This document shows positions 63,498 through 64,000 of a stretch of DNA of 64,000 nt, one piece after another. The stretch comes from an uncultured Alphaproteobacteria bacterium. Lineage in GTDB: Bacteria; Pseudomonadota; Alphaproteobacteria; Sphingomonadales; Sphingomonadaceae. The stretch spans positions 36,402 to 100,401 of the forward strand of contig CAVVZE010000001.1 of the NCBI GenBank assembly GCA_963752785.1, given 5' to 3'. How positions within the stretch are numbered: position 1 is the first letter of the stretch; each line of letters opens with the position of its first letter. The notes under the pieces were generated by a model that was not told the DNA's origin, did not search any database, and was given only the letters and a program-made list of their open reading frames with translations. The position numbers and the translations under genes are program-made.

Positions 63498-63784
63498 TGT
63501 GCGTTCCTTTCCTTGATCATGCGTTCCAGCTCGGCCAGCTTTACGTTGTCGGCTTCCTGATCGGCGATCAGGCGCGGCTTGGAGAATTCGTCGTGGTCGG
63601 AGGCGACCAGGCGCTCGACCGTGTCCATCCGTTCGTCGAGGCGGCGAGCGAGCTTGTAGAGCTCGTCCAGCATCGCCTCGTCGCCCTGGGTCAGCGTGGG
63701 CGCGGTCTTCCATTTGGTGACATAGTGGAAGATCAGCGCCGGAAGGACGACGAAGATACAGATAATTGCAAGCACACCTTCCAC
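63494..63784 (-). CDS. pspB: Phage shock protein B
   Basis: IFVVLPALIFHYVTKW...LDELYKLARRLDERMDTVERLV. Confidence 0.92.
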   Translation of the reverse strand: MEGVLAIICIFVVLPALIFHYVTKWKTAPTLTQGDEAMLDELYKLARRLDERMDTVERLVASDHDEFSKPRLIADQEADNVKLAELERMIKERNAQ

Positions 63785-63787
63785 GGG

Positions 63788-64000
63788 TCAGTCCTCCTTC
63801 TTCTCGTTCTGGCTGCCCATCGAGCGCTTGAGCGCCTCCAGTTCCTCGTCGACCTTGTCGACGGCGGACAGCCCCTCGATCTGTTCGGCAAGCGACGGCT
63901 CGCCCTTCATGGCCATGCCCAGCGCATCGGCGTGCCCCTCGGCGTAATCGACGCGGCGCTCCAGCATCTCGAACCGGGCGAGCGCCTCGTCGACGCGCTC
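63788..64000 (-). CDS. pspA: Phage shock protein A, C-terminal part (truncated by window edge)
   Basis: Manual translation ERVDEALARFEMLERRVDYAEG...SLAEQIEGL...VDEELEALKRSM*, directly upstream of pspB. Confidence 0.9.
   Translation of the reverse strand, partial: ERVDEALARFEMLERRVDYAEGHADALGMAMKGEPSLAEQIEGLSAVDKVDEELEALKRSMGSQNEKKED

Overview
High-GC alphaproteobacterial chromosomal segment whose gene set and order fit a sphingomonad (Erythrobacteraceae-like; inference). It is mostly core genome: uppP, rarA, dps, purC/S/Q, infA-maf-RNase G-like-yacG, uvrC, folE, yajC-secD-secF, an ABC-F ATPase and three tRNAs (Thr-TGT, Phe-GAA, Pro-GGG). Envelope and accessory loci include a type II secretion cluster (gspC-D-E-F-G-L-M-N with no gspH/I/J/K), a CecR-YbhGFSR-like ABC efflux operon with an outer-membrane factor, two TonB-dependent receptors, an M16 peptidase, two DUF885 proteins, an NdvB/NdvC-like GT2 and a PepSY-like/RR/HK two-component locus. 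The window ends inside a phage-shock (psp) operon. Frameshifts and premature stops are clustered in patches, including housekeeping genes, and look like long-read or low-coverage consensus errors rather than true pseudogenes. No CRISPR array, integrase, transposase or rRNA was seen. The best candidates for undescribed biology are (1) four extra tandem PspB/PspC-hybrid-like small membrane proteins appended to pspABC, (2) a divergent cI-like XRE repressor / DUF6456 (GafZ/Q-like) pair, (3) a T2SS lacking all minor pseudopilins, (4) a tandem pair of paralogous two-Cys lipoproteins, and (5) a structured intergenic region beside an orphan Fe(II)/2OG-type dioxygenase. All calls are from reading the sequence; no database searches were run.
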